DNA of 64,000 nucleotides from positions 202,244,001-202,308,000 of the forward strand of contig OZ024741.1 of NCBI GenBank assembly GCA_964016885.1, written 5' to 3'. Source of the DNA: Eledone cirrhosa (lineage: Eukaryota). Both the position numbers and the translations under genes were made by a program. The notes under the pieces are model-generated. The model saw only the letters and a program-made list of their open reading frames with translations, was not told the DNA's origin and searched no databases. This document shows positions 48,271 to 62,016 of this stretch, one piece after another; position 1 is the stretch's first letter; every line of letters starts with the position of its first letter.

Positions 48271-49036
48271 TAAAGCATAGTACATCATATCAAACATCTC
48301 TAAACAACAAAATAAAGAAAGGCAAAACTAAATAGATAAATAAAAGCACCAAAGATCATACCATCTTCCAATTATATTTTTGCAGTGTTTATATATTATG
48401 TAAATGAATGAGAATATATTCTAACTACTCTAATTAGGTAAAGAAAATCAAACAACTATACATTTCTCCATCAGATACATGGATTACACAGCAGATTAGA
48501 TAATCTTAGAGATTTGGCAATTGTTCAATAAGAAATTTGATTGGAAAAAATAAATATTAATACTAGTGAGATTAAACAATGTATTTTCGATAGAGTATTT
48601 TGATAAAGAGATGGATGTATTATATTCTGATACTCTATATATGTTCAAACTTATCTGAAGTACTGTATTCTTATGTTATCAATCTTCATGAAGGAAGACA
48701 ATAAAATTCTATTTGAAATATTTTTGCTGTTTTTAACCATTGTAGAGTTGTTCATTGGGTTATTTCAGTGAAATTCAACAGCGGTCTGTCCCAGATGTCT
48801 TACAGAATATTTTTCACATTGTAAAAACTATAGTGTTTATATTTCTTTTAGAAGGAATATCATCATTATCATTATCATCATTGTTTTTACATTGACTTTT
48901 CTATGCATAGGATGGACTGGACCTTTTGAGGCAATGTTTTACAACCAGATGCCCTTCTTGACACCAACCCTTTCAGTTACTTCTTACGACATGCAGGGAT
49001 AGTGTGTACCTATTATAAACTGGAACATTTAATAAT

Positions 49037-50720
49037 GGGGTCATTCCAGTGATATTCAACAAGGGTCTAACCATTTATTGGTATCTATGCAAGAAGTAAT
49101 TCCTGATAATTTCAGCTCCATGGCACTTACTTACCAATCAGATTCTATGGTCATTTGAAAATTTGAACAATTTACAAAATTTTGAAAACATTGAATTTAT
49201 TTGAATTTTAGAGACCTTTTACTCTGAGTGGCTTTTATCCCATGCCTTTAGAACTTGATTTCCTTAATCTCCACTATCTCAAGTCCCTTTAAGCTGGCCA
49301 TTTAAAAAAAATTCATGTCTTGGGGGCTATATTTGAAAATCTCAAGACAGCTGTTACTGAATAGCAACAACTATTGAGCACCCTATCTTCTCTAATCATG
49401 CAGTAAGGCTTGGAAACTTGACATATCACTTGAATTCAATTACCCAAATGCCTGATTTTCAGTGTATCAAGGGGAATAAAAGTGTAAAAAGTGTAAAAAG
49501 GCACAGTTTTTATTTTTATTTTCGTACCATAATAACTGCTTCTCATGAAGTTGAAACCATAGAAAACTATGCATATTCTGAAAGTGCACCTGGAGTTGAG
49601 TCTAGAAAAATAGATATAAAATATTTTAGACAGATGTAAGAATCATCAATTTGCTTCCCCTGAAAGTGGCTTGAAATGGAAATGTTTTTAAGTAGTTCAG
49701 AGCACCAAAAATCAATGTATAACAATTTGAAAATCTTTTAAACCTAAACATTCTTTGATATTGTCCTTATGACTATAAAAAGTAATTAATGCAATTGGTA
49801 AATGAGGTTTCATACTTCTGCAATAAGTTACACATTCAGGGGAGTTGAAAAGCAGAAAAAATGTTTCAAGGGGCATATTGATGAGTAGTTGGATCAATCA
49901 AGACAGTTTTCTCAAAGTACACTTTCCTTCCAAAGCTCAAGACAGTGAAATGCACGAGAAATGAGTAAAAAAATGATAGGAAACAATAAAAAACAAAAGG
50001 TACCATAAACATCATGTTTTGTAAAACTTTGTACTTCTTTTATTTCATCACAAGAAAAACAATAGGATTGACCTGACCTTTCAGAGGAAGGTTGATCAAC
50101 TTTCTTCATGATGTTCTCAATTGGAATCCAACAGATGTCATTATTACTTGGTCAGAAAAATTGGGCTGAAGGAATTTAACATTAATGTCAGAGTTTTCTC
50201 CTGAAATATAATTTGCCATTCCAAAGTACCACTCATCATTGTACTTACAAGCATAGTAAGACCTGGGTTAGATATCTTCAATTGACATAGCACTAGCATT
50301 ATTTTGCAACAGCAAAGAAGAGCAATTCCCAGAAACAAGGCTCATGGTTATATTGTTACCACAAGGGATGAATTTGTGATTTCTACGTGTGCCTTTGAAT
50401 GTGGCTGAGTTTGAATATCGAAGCTCTAGAAACTGACTTCTGGTTGATAGACTCCAAAAAGAAAATGGTGATTCCATCAATCCCTTTCCTTCGGTTTCTC
50501 TGAGAACTATACATTTGTGGTCCAAGATGTTGCTCAAGGGTTTCATTGAAACAGTTCTTAAGCCAAAATAAATTCATTTATACTGTACTATTTTGATCCT
50601 GAGTTGAATTCAGAAAACCACAAAGCATATCAGACACCACATGACTCATGACATTGTTGTTGTGCATACCTTCTTAAAGAATTTGATTGATGAGTTACTG
50701 AAACCCAACTTTTCTGAAAT
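49037..50720 (-). mobile_element. DNA transposon remnant, Sola2-like transposase C-terminus plus one terminus
   Basis: Minus frames read LELRYSNSATFKGTRRNHKFIP..YYACKYNDEWYFGMANYISGENSDINVKFLQP..FF*PSNNDICWIPIENIMKKVDQPS..GQSY. Putative terminus GGGGTCATTCCAGTGATATTCAACAAGGGTCT at 49037, with a related partial copy at 48758. The catalytic core is absent, so the superfamily call is tentative. Confidence 0.5.
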
Positions 50721-50744
50721 AAAGAAAATACTTATTTCAGTTAT

Positions 50745-51015
50745 GGGTCCTCAGCTCAATATAAGAACCACAAAAATTATCCAGAGATGGATTGGTCACA
50801 CCCTCTGAAAGCCTGCATTTAGTACCACAAAGCAAGCTCTGACCTGGAACTCACAGTAGGAAAGGAAAAGAAGAAGACCTAGGAATACCTGGCGATGTGA
50901 TATGGAGGCACAAACAAAAAGGTTGGGATATTCGTGGGAACTGAATGACTAGTCCTGGACAGTAATAGTTGGAGAAAACCTGTTGGTGACAAATGCTCTA
51001 AGGGGAGCCCAGGTC
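50745..51015 (+). mobile_element. RTE LINE 3' fragment
   Basis: Reads RWIGHTL*KP..TTKQALTWNSQ*ERKRRRPRNTWRCDMEA. Confidence 0.75.
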
Positions 51016-51097
51016 GAAACTAATATGAACAACATTTTTGCACCTGCCTGGAACTCAGTTTCACAAATTTCAATACAGTAAAACTAACAAGTGAAAG

Positions 51098-51240
51098 CGC
51101 ACTGGTTAGAGAGTTGGATTCACAATTGTGAGGTTGTGAGTTCAATTCATGGGCAAGTGATGCATTGTGTCCTTGAGCAAGACATTTTATTTCATGTTGC
51201 TCCTTCTGATAGTTGCAACTGGTAGATAGCATCAACAATG
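51098..51240 (+). mobile_element. tRNA-derived SINE
   Basis: CTGGTTAGAG (A-box-like), GAGTTCAATTC (B-box) and the GTGTCCTTGAGCAAGACA body motif. Confidence 0.6.
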
Positions 51241-51540
51241 GAAACACTGTTCCCTTGTTCTGATCTAAAGAGTTCCACTCCACTTAGTAAGCAGATGAGG
51301 TCTGGGATCTTGTTGATTTGATATATATGAAACTAATAAACTGTCACTATCTTCAAAAGAAAATATAGCTTTGTTTTAACTATACAAATGTTATGTAAAA
51401 AACAATTATTCCACCAAACTGTCGCCGTGATTAAACTAGCAAGTTGTATGATCAAGTTGTAAGAGTCATGAGTGAATAATTTCAAAGTTGTGTGTTTATT
51501 TGCCTGTATGTGTGCAGTGTATACTATATGTGTCTGTGTT

Positions 51541-51800
51541 TCATCATCATCATCATCATCATCACTGTTTAATGTCCATTTTTCCACACTAGCATGGGTT
51601 AGATGAGTTGTCCCATTGTGAGACAAGCCATATCAGATGACTGTCTTACTCATACAAAACTGATTTGGGCTTGGTTTCTACATGTGGATGCCCTTCCTAA
51701 CTCCAACCACATTACAGTGTGTACTGGGTGCTTTTTGTCATGACACCTACACAACCATTTTATAGTATGGACTGGGTGCTTCTTTGTCACTTTACAGTGT
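51541..51800 (-). mobile_element. LINE/SINE 3' tail, inverted
   Basis: (CAT)n followed by TTTAATGTCCATTTTTCCACACTAGCATGG..GGATGCCCTTCCTAAC. Confidence 0.65.
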
Positions 51801-52804
51801 GGGGTGGGGAAGCTGCATGGAGATTGGAGAGGTAGATCTAGGAATGGAGATTTATCAAATGAGGGGTGGGGAAGGTAGGGAAAAGTGGTGCATACTGAAT
51901 GTATGCTTCTGTGTGTATATTATGTGTTTGTGTGTGTTAGTACATGTATGTATCTGTGATTTTTATAATATTTGTATGTATATATGTGTGTCTGTTAATT
52001 TTACAACCTATGTATGTGTATTTTTTTATTTTTTGATGATCGACAAGATCCCAAACCTCATTCACTTAGCGAATGGAGTGGAATTCATCAAATTGGACCA
52101 AGGAAACAATGTTTCCATTGGTCTTGTATGTATCTCAGTTTTACAACCCTCAGAGCTATAAAAGATTCAAATAATCAATACAAATTAGTAATCATGCCAA
52201 GGCTATGCAGAGTGGTTATATGATATTAAAACATTTACTTCAACAAAAATACCTTCCCTACTAATGTTATATATAAAATTTCTCAGATGACAACAAAAAT
52301 AACATAAACATTGCATCTGTTGTAAATATCATACCTTGTTTAATCTGCTAAAAGCAACCCAGTTAAACTCCCTCAAATCACACCCTGTCATCTTATATAA
52401 AGTTAGGACACATAAGATTAGTGTTTCCTAAAGTGGATTGCATGAAAAAATGTTTGCCGTTCTGTGAGATAAGATGTTTTTTAATGAAAATTTAATGAAA
52501 AAAATCCTTTGAGAGAAATCAATAATTCTTAGGATAAAGAATGTCTCAAGAACAGCTTTCACTGACTTGTAATTCCATTGAAAAACGATACTTGTCAATT
52601 TAGAATGACAACAAGAATTTCACAAACTATTAAAGGAATTTGCTATAAAAACCAAGGCATCTGGAATTTATGTGTTTCAATGAAGCAAGTATTTATTTTT
52701 TTAATTACAATTTATGCATTTTTACTTTTTAATATACTATCGCAGTGTCTGCTCCATGTAAATGCATTGCTGATTCTACTATAGAATAAGCTTTTAAATG
52801 ATTT

Positions 52805-53940
52805 TACTAAAGAAGTGAAATGAGCATACTCTGATGGATGTGTAAAGTTAGTGTATGAATAAGTGAGCTGAAAGAAAAACTTGGCATAAGAGGAATTGGA
52901 TGTAGTGTGCAAGAGAGAAGACTGGGTTGGGATGGACATATGATGCATATGGAAGGTGACAGGAGTATAAAGAAGTGCAGAGAAATCTCTCTCTGGGGGG
53001 AGAAGAGACAGAAGTAGGAAGACATGGGATAAGACAGCGAAAGCTAGCCTTGATAAGCTGAACCTCATAAGAGAAGTGACAAGGGACTAAAAGGACTGGC
53101 AACATGCTGGTTAAAACCTATCTACCAATCTAGACCCATCCACATTTGACCCCCTTCTCTTTACCATCCTCTGGCAGCTATTACATCTTGCAGACCCACC
53201 CACATATCCCCACCTCTTCCTCTGAAGTAGCTATTCTTAGCATCACAGAAACCTGCACTCTGTCTATGGTCACCTTCACCCCTCATAAATCCTAACACAC
53301 AGAGTCACCACCCACCCATCCTACCTCTATACTCTAGATATCCCTTCCCAAACCTTAATATTCCAGTCATAGCCCCCTAGTAACTGTTATCACTACAGTG
53401 CCTCCCATTCACTGCTTCTCCCCTGTCAAATCCCTCCACACTTGGCAACACCCCATTCCCCATCTAGGGTTAAGAAGGCTATTCAGTTGAGTCAATGACA
53501 ACAGCCTGTCTAGTGTCAATGCCATGATAAAAGCACTTAGTACACTCAGTAAGGTAGGTGGTGATAAGAAGGGTGTCTTGTTGTAGAGACCATGCCAAAA
53601 GGGTTGAGAAGATACTTAGTGTCATGAAAACCTCTCTAGTATTGGTGAACTACATGAGAAATGCACCCAGTCCACTCTGTAAAGTAGATAGAAGGCCACC
53701 CAACCATAGATAACCATCCTAAGAGCCAGGAAGACTCTTCAGTTATGCCAAAGACATGACAATTTCCCTAGTGTTGTTGCCACAATAAAATGAACTCAGT
53801 AGGGTACCAGACCATATGTAGGGACCCCGGCCCATTTGAGAGGTTAGTAGCTCCACATGAGTACTGTCTGATCTATAACGACATGTCCAAGCCTTGTTAA
53901 CAAGAAAAAGGACAATAAACAATGATGTGGATGATGATAT
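52805..53940 (+). mobile_element. RTE LINE 3' end with long modular 3' UTR
   Basis: Reads LKEKLGIRGIGCSVQERRLGWDGHMMHMEG..RSRKTWDK, then the repeated tail module and a GAT tail. Confidence 0.75.
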
Positions 53941-54174
53941 AATGCATTAAACATTAAGGAAGCAAATTTTTTCTACTACTCTCCTCCACACCAAATAAGT
54001 ATAGCTGTGTTTTTATTTGTTAAATAGACATAAATAAACTATAGCTAATTTTAGTTTTCTGACTTTGTTTTCTCACAACTTTCTGATAATGCAGGATTTT
54101 TAATGACATTTTACAGAGATACATTATCAAAGGTGTAGATTTTGATTATGTTGACAAAATCAATTTTTGTTTAC

Positions 54175-56500
54175 AAGTTTATCTTGCAAGAAAGGAAACG
54201 GAAAATAAAAAAAAATTAACCATGTTTTGCAATGTGAGGGATTCAGGATTGCAAGACAGTGTATCAGGGAAATTTGCAATGTTGGTGGGAAGAAGTGTGT
54301 CCCAAATGATTATGGAGAACTTGCCCTCACTGACACTGAAAAGAAGGTAGCTTGGAAGTGCCACTATGAAAGATTACTGAATGAGGAGAATGCATGGGAA
54401 GAAAATAGTTTGCCCCAAGTTGACCCAACAGAAGGATTGGCTGTACAAGTCAACAGTAGTATAGTAAGTAAGGCAATCAAGTATATGAAGACAGGCAGCA
54501 GGACCCTCAGGGATAGTTGCCGAGATCCTGAAAGCATCAAGAATGATGGGACACACCATAATTACTTGTATCGTAACCCAGGTAATACAATGACTTTTGT
54601 GAACCTGGAGAAAACTTTTGACAAAGTCCCCTGTTCTATTATCTGGTCGGTTCATAGAAAACTAGGAGTTGATGAGTGGCTTGTGAGGGCAATACAAGCC
54701 ATACATAGAGGAACAGTCAGCAAGGTCAGGATTAACAATGACTATAGCAAAGAATTTAGTCTGCAGGTTGGCGTCTATCAGAGTTCAGTTCTTAGCCCTT
54801 TCCTGTTTATTATTATCCTGCAGGCTATAATGCAGGAGCTTGAGACAGGCTCCCCATGAGACTCCTGTATGCAGATGACCTAACCCTTATAGATAAATCT
54901 ATGGCCGAATTAGAGAAGAAATTCCAAACCTGGAAGCATGGCTTAGAATCAAAAAGTCTTAAAGTAAACATAACAAAGACGGTAGAAAGGAAACACTGGG
55001 CCCAGATCTCCTCAGGGAAATAACCTTGCTCAGTGTGTAGGAAAGATGTAGGTAGAAATTTCATCCTATGTCCCAAATGCAAATTATGGGTACACAAGAG
55101 ATGTAGTGGGATCTCAGGCAGGCTAACTAAGATCTTAGGTTTAACATGTGGTCTGTGCACAGGAGCAGTAAGTAGCAAGAGCTTGCAGGATACAATCTCC
55201 TTCAAATGCCCAGAAGGCTCTGTAGAAGTAGTAGATAGTTTCTTTTACCTGGGTGATCAAATTAGCAGTGGAGGAGTTCCGAAAGCACAGTAGCCAGAAT
55301 GTGAACAGGCTGAAGAAAATCCAGGGAGTTACTACTGCTGTTAGCTACAAAAGATTTCCCTCAAAATAAAAGACAGACTGTATGATGTATGTATATGAAG
55401 AACAATGTTGCACAGTAGCGAGACTGGGGCAGTGTGTGCAGAGGACCTGCAAAGATTGGAAAGAAATGAAGTTTAAACATGTCTTGGAGGGAACACCCAA
55501 CAAATAAGGATCTCTATGGCAATATACCACCTATCAGCAGGTCAATACGTGGACAGAGACTCAGATTTGCTGGTCACTGTTGGCACAGCAAGGAAGAAAT
55601 AGCAGGTGATGTGTTGTTATGGAGTCCATCTCATGGAGCAAGAAACGCTGGTGTCCCAAGAAGACATACGTCAAGCAACTTGAGGACGATACTGGATGCA
55701 CTGTGGAAGAACTGGCAAATGCTATGAGAGACAGAGATGGATGGAGGAAACGTGTCGTAGAAAGCCGAGCAAGCTCGACCTGATGATGATGATTTGATGG
55801 ATGTGCAATAGTAAATACATGAATGGCAAAGCATAAATGAACTGCGAGAGAAATTAGGCACAAGAGGGATCAGATACAGTGTGCAGGAGAGGAGATTGCA
55901 TTGGTATGGACAAATATTGCGTCTGAAGGATGACTGCTGTATAAAAAGGTGCAGAGTGCTCAACGTTGATGGAAGCTATGAGTGGGCAGGCCTAGGAAGA
56001 CTTGGGATGAGGTTATAAAAGCTGACCTTGCATAATTGCACATCTCAAAGGCAATGAAACAACATTGTGATCTCTGGCACTATGCAGTAATACAAAACAC
56101 CCATCTTCCCATATGCAGGAGCTGAGGCATACATCTAGTATGCACTACCTTCCTCCCCATCACTCCTCCCAATTCCCCAATCCACACCATACAGTAGTCA
56201 TCCTGGAGCCATGCCCAGTCCACACAGTAAAGTGTAGGTGCCACAACAAAAAGCACCCAGCCCACATTGTAAAGTGGTCACGTAAGAGTCATGATAAAAA
56301 GTGCCTAGTCCACACTGTAATGTGGTCATGTAGGTATTATGACAAAAAGCACCCAGTACACGCTGTAAATGTGGTTGGCAAGGGCATCCAGCCGTAGAAA
56401 CCAAGCAAAAATTAGTTCTATGTAAGCATAACACAGTCCTCCAGCCAGGCTGTCTCACAATGCTAGCATGGAAAATAGACGTTAAATAATGATGATAATG
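54175..56500 (+). mobile_element. RTE LINE (RT domain to 3' end, internally deleted), interrupted by a nested LINE
   Basis: Reads AWKCHYERLLNEEN, FVNLEKTFDKVP, VGVYQSSVLSPFLF, LLYADDL, a Cys-rich C-x-x-C..WVHKRCSG insert, VVDSFFYLGD, LQRLERNE | WMCN..ERRLHWYG. Confidence 0.88.
55472..55793 (+). mobile_element. Nested 5'-truncated LINE 3' end (different RTE-like family) with (TGA)n tail
   Basis: Reads LNMSWREHPTNKDLYGNIPPISRSIRGQRLRFAGHCWHSKEE..MRDRDGWRKRVVESRASST* followed by TGATGATGATGAT. It splits the host between ERNE and WMCN. Confidence 0.8.
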
Positions 56501-58336
56501 AATTTCTAGTTGTTGAAATGATATTATTGTAGTGGTGGTTAAAAAAGATTGATTGTTGTGACCAGATGTAGTTAGTATTTATTAGTAATTTCGTTGGTCA
56601 GTTCATTGTTGTGTGGCAGAATTTGTAGCAGTAACTGTTGACTTGATGGGTATTCTATGAGTTGCTTTCTCCTATATAAAGTGACTTATGGTAAATAAAT
56701 TATGTGTATGGTTACTATAGCTAGTAGTTGAAACTGCCATTAGCAATATTCAATGAATAATAACAAATATCACTACTTTATGATTCTTTTGTTAAGCCTC
56801 ATAGGAGAGTCAACATATTCAAAATATCTTAATCAACTGTTGAAAATCATTTATAGAAATTTGCTTCTGTTGCAGTTGAATGTAAAACAGTGGGTTAAAA
56901 ATTGAGTTGGCATGTTCATGAGCAGCTGCTTATTTTTTTAAATTCTACTGATAAAGACAAAAAATCAAGTCAATCTTTATACAGTAGCCAGTTATTGAGT
57001 TATATTATAGTTTGAATAAATTGTAGTTGATGCTTAAATTCTATTAAATATTGTACTCTAAATATACATTTGCTAAATTTAGTTAAAAAATGAGCATAAG
57101 TCTCGACTGATATATATGCATGTGTGTATCAACTTTTATATTTACTTTTGATTCTGGCATGGATTGGATGGGTTGCTAGGGATTGAGTCATTTCATATTC
57201 AAAGTTGTTGGGCTGGTGGTTCACATCTTGCTTGTATGTAAATTCCATTTTTGGAATTATTTTAATGGCTGGGCGCTCTTTACTCAATTTTATTTTTTTG
57301 TAAAAAAATAAAACAATCAAAACGAAGAGGAGCCACAGAAGAGCAAGAATAGTCATTGAAAAGGTCACAAAATGTGTGACAATTTGACAATTAAATAACC
57401 ATCCTGTGACTAAATTAATCAAGGAATGGAGCAGTTACCTAAGTAAGAGAGAAAGTCAACTGGTGGATGTATTTTTATTGGTATACGACCCTCTCAAAGT
57501 TTAACAATATTGGTTTCAACACATGATTTCACCTCAAATATCTTGCAAAACTAATACAAAGACAAAGTATGTGTGTGTATTGTGGGAATTGAAAGGTTGA
57601 ATGCTTTATGGTGACCAATGGTTTTTATCCCAGGCAGGAATCTTTGAACTAGTGAAGATATGAGAAATGATTAAGTTCCAGATCACCTTCAATCAAGCAG
57701 ATCTATAATCAAAGGCATTCCGGTCTTGATTATTCCATCTTTTCTTATGTACAGGAAACCCAGGATTACACCATCCAATATGCCCTATTTAATAAGGTAT
57801 GGTGTGATTTCAAGGAGTTGTGGATGCTATTTCTAACAGCTTGATGTAACCACTTTGAGGATCTTTCCTTAGCTCCAAATTGATGTATTTATAGGTGGTT
57901 GATTTACTTCCAAGTGTATGGATTGTGTGAGATATGGTGTGGGTCAGCTTTCTTTTATTTTTTAAGAGAGGGAAGAGTATAGGAGTGATCTGGAGAGTTG
58001 GATAGGTAGTGATGATAATAAGGGGATTGATGAAAATAGTGGCTGATGGTCAAAAGATGGGATACAAACAGATTAAATGACTTCCCTTGTTAGTCAGTGA
58101 ATAGTAGAGAGGGTGATAGATGAAAGTGTAGTGAAAAGGGCAGCAGATGGAAACTTATCTGGCATATTCACTGCCCTCATATATATATATATATATGTAC
58201 GTCAATACTCATTTTTTTCCATCTATGAGGGTTCTAAACCCCATTATCAGGCTAAAATTTCTTTAGTTAAAAATACAGTGAAAGCTGTTCTATTTTCTAA
58301 TTTCAAACCTGCTCACTGTTTCAAAACATACTTACT

Positions 58337-58370
<34 letters not shown>

Positions 58371-59274
58371 GGCGAAGGGTCTATGTATGTACTGCATGCC
58401 TTGCTTTTTTGCAGGATAAATAATAATTTTTGTGTCATATACAATTAATTATTGATAATTTTCACTATCCTCATTGTACTCGTGATATTCTTTTTTTTTT
58501 TTGTATTTCTTGTTCCTTCAAATCTTAGGATAATTTGTAAACAAGTGATATTATTTAAAAAGTGTAAGCAGTTGGACAGATTTAGAGCCATTGCTGATTC
58601 TGGATTATTTTGTACAGATATTCATTATTGTAGAGTATATGCAGAATGTTTAGTGACCTTAATGTCACATCAAAACTTCTTTTTTACTGTTTTAAGACTC
58701 AAATTCAGTCATGTGACCACTACCCAGAATTTTCTTCTTGACCAGTTTACACTTGGAGTGAAAAGGAATAGCTGGCCATATATATTTCAAATATTTTTTT
58801 TTTTTAATTACGTAAAAAAGTAAACTCGCATCTTTTTTCTTTTTGTTAGAATAAAGTTTTGAATCATTAAAAAAAATTATATCCCTGTAACTTTTTTCAC
58901 ATTTTAATTCACCCACATAATGTCAACAGAGTCAAATACCTCAGTTTCCTCTCTACTTTGCTGATCTTTTGCAACAAGAAGCTTTGAAAAGAAGAAGAAG
59001 ATTACCATTCTCAGAGAGAGAAACTGAAAACCTAAACCAAAGTAGCCAGCAAGGAATGTTATTGTTATTTTGATTCAAAGTATTACGAACAGTATGAGTG
59101 AATGACAGGGTGTCCCATTCTGAACAAATTATCTTTTGTTGCCCTTTTGAGAATCCTGTTGATGGCCAAAGCAAAGAGAATCGGGGAAAGTGGGCATCAT
59201 TGACGGAGTCCAGTGATGACCTCAAACCACCCACTAGCCATCCACCCTCAAGCCATCCACAGTTCTTACGCAGC

Positions 59275-60660
59275 ATTTTGAACCAATATATAAATCCTTG
59301 ATGGCTTAGACAACCTTGGATGGTATGCCATAAACTTGTATGATGTTACAAAAAGATGGCCTGTGTAGGGTATCAAATGCTTTAGTAAAGTCAATTAATG
59401 TGATGGCAATTGGTACTTAGAATTCATTGCATTTCTCAATGATGTCATATAGTAAATATTTCATTGGCACAGGAGCGTTTGGCTTGAAATCTTGCTTGTT
59501 GATCATGTCTCTTTCATTCGAATCAGGATAACCTGGCAGAACACCTTTCCTGGTATGGATAGAAGTGTTACTCATCTCCAGTTGTCACATTTTGTAGGGA
59601 TGCAGGCAACTGCTCTGGTCTTCCAATCCTCCAGTACCTCATCCATATTCCAGATCTGGTTGTACAACAGAGAGTCAGGCTCAGTTCAGTTTAGTACTTC
59701 CTTGAAGTGCTTCACCCATCTCGCAAGTTTATCTTTGCCTTTGGACAGCAGGGTTCCATCCTTAGTTTTGATCAGGTCTGACTTGCTTTTTGAGGTACCA
59801 GTAATCTTCTTGGCAATCTGATATACAATATGCATGTTATTTTGTTTAGCACTGACCTTTACTTCTTTAGCTTGGCTCTCCAACCACAGTTGTTTGTCTT
59901 TTTGAGCACTGCATTTTACTTCCTTGTCTTTTTCAGCATTTCTGTAATACATTGTGGCCCTTATCATTGTTCTGCTTTCTTTGATGTAGAGCTTTTCTTT
60001 CCTTAACCCTTTAGCATTTACATTACTCTATATATACTATTGTATTTTTGTGGTAAAGGCATTATCTTACATAATTATCTCACATAATATCGAATTTATG
60101 AGATTTTGATGTTATTTATTTTGAGAAAAATACCTTAACATCAGTATGAGTGGCCAGTTACAGCCAGTTTGAACAGAAAGAGGTGAGAGAGTTTTGGTTG
60201 GATATGGCCAGTTTAAATGCTAAAGGGTTAAATAGTTACCAGTTGTGGTCGCTAATCCATGTTTTCCTGATGGGCTTCTTGTACCTCAGTATTTCTTCAC
60301 CAACTGTTGTCATTGCTTCCTTTAGGCTTTCCCACCATTCTGATGTTCCTGGTGGAGTGCCTTCTAAGGCAGATAACCTTTTTTCTTTAGTTATCCTAGA
60401 GTCTTTTAGTTTGGTCAAACCTCCTGGGTAATGATGTCTTGTTCTTTTGTCTCCTCGCGTTGATCTTAATTTTGACGATGACTAGGTAGTGGTTGCTGCT
60501 GATATCAGTGACTCAATATACTCTAACATCTTGCAAATAGAGTACTTTCCATTCAGGTCCAATCGCTAAGTGGTCCATCTGAGTCCTTGTCTTATGGTCG
60601 TTGGAAGTCCATGTGATCTTATGAATGGACATATGTTCAAAGTGGGATGATCTGAATTTC
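59275..60660 (-). mobile_element. RTE LINE fragment (APE end to RT start)
   Basis: Reads HKITWTSNDHKTRTQMDHLAI..LQDVRVY, ADISSNHYLVIVK, KDGTLLSKGKDKLARWVKHFKEVLN, LLSIPGKV and IDFTKAFDTL. Confidence 0.85.
60007..60227. mobile_element. piggyBac-type MITE nested in the RTE
   Basis: TTAA|CCCTTTAGCATTTA ... TAAATGCTAAAGGG|TTAA, a perfect 14-bp TIR with TTAA TSD, 221 bp. Confidence 0.88.
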
Positions 60661-60663
60661 ATG

Positions 60664-60694
<31 letters not shown>

Positions 60695-60700
<6 letters not shown>

Positions 60701-61191
60701 TTGGTGCTATGAAATAGCGATGTATATATGAATGTGACAGTCTCACTTACTTTAAATTTTCAGCTGAAAATTTACAGTAAGTGAGACTGTCACTACTCTA
60801 AAACAATAGCGTAAGGTCGTCGAAATGCTTTTAATTAAGCATACAGTGTATTTCAAAATACATTATATATACATTCATATATATCGCTATTTCAGAGCAC
60901 GAATTCTAATTTTCAATTTCTGCTTGACCGGCAACCGCTCTGTATAATCAGTTCCTGATTATTACTAGAATTCTATAAGAATCAAACATTCATGATTTTC
61001 AGCAAACAGGTGGAGTACTTAGCTTTGATAAGTACCAAAAAGTACGAAACAGAGCTCTGTCAGCTTTATCTTCCCTGTTTGCTGAAAATTTAAAGTAAGT
61101 GAGACTGCCACTACTCTAAAACAATAGCGTAAGGTCTTCGAAATGCTTTTAATCAAGCATACAGTGTATTGCAAAATACACTATATATACA

Positions 61192-61200
<9 letters not shown>
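60695..61200. repeat. Foldback / inverted-plus-direct triplication
   Basis: 60-bp palindrome at 60734-60793 (29/30 pairs), outer inverted arms at about 60695-60735 and 60871-60910, and a direct copy of 60764-60880 at 61082-61200. Confidence 0.85.

Positions 61201-61269
<69 letters not shown>
61196..61269. repeat. (TA)n microsatellite
   Basis: Directly visible. Confidence 0.95.
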
Positions 61270-61270
<1 letters not shown>

Positions 61271-61469
61271 TTCTGGAGGGTCATGCTGCCAACAAAAACA
61301 CAGTACAGGTTAATGTATATATATATGTAGTGGATAGGCTTTCTGTTTTGGGGCAGGAGTATTTTTGTTTTTATCTTTTAATGCAGGTGGTGTTTACATG
61401 TGGGTGGGTGTATGTTTGTTTGGACAACTGAGATTTTTGTTGTTTCTATTCTTTTTTATTATTTAGGGC

Positions 61470-61657
61470 GGTGGATTGGCAGTGTCGGTGGAGGGTCGGA
61501 CGCCATGCTTTCCAGCATAGTTACGTCCCTTTATGGACTGAGTTCAAATCCCACCAACGTTAACTTTGCCTTTCATCCTTACGGGGTCGATAAAATAAAG
61601 TACCAGTATTACCCTGGGATAATTGCTGGCCTTGTGCCAAAAGTAGAAACAATTATT
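61470..61657 (+). mobile_element. tRNA-derived SINE, near full length
   Basis: GGCGGTGGATTGGCAG head, GAGTTCAAATCC B-box, and the family body seen at 7385 and 8945. Confidence 0.8.
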
Positions 61658-62016
61658 TATAAAAAAGATAGGTCCACATAATTTCAGTTTATCAGCCAGA
61701 TTTTATGGTGGGTACTCAAGAAAAGGGATAAGGGGAGATAAAGGGAAATATCTCGGGTAGAAAAAAGTGTTGCTTGTAAACGTACACACATACACACATG
61801 GACACAGGTGATGAATAATTGAATTTAATAATTGATAGCTATGCATCTACATGCATTCGCACATGTATAACATTGGACACGACTGTATGAGTAGCCATAC
61901 TTGCCAACATGCATATATAGGCACAACTCATGCATACACTCACACATACACGCGTATATATGCATACACACACACACATATATACACACATACTCACACA
62001 CACATATATATATATA

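Noticed and set aside
54227-54859. 210-aa ORF as a host gene
   Set aside because: It is a decayed RTE reverse-transcriptase segment with an internal deletion and frameshifts.
57129-59301. Several 70-120 aa hydrophobic ORFs
   Set aside because: Low-complexity AT-rich translations with no recognisable domain or consistent splice structure.
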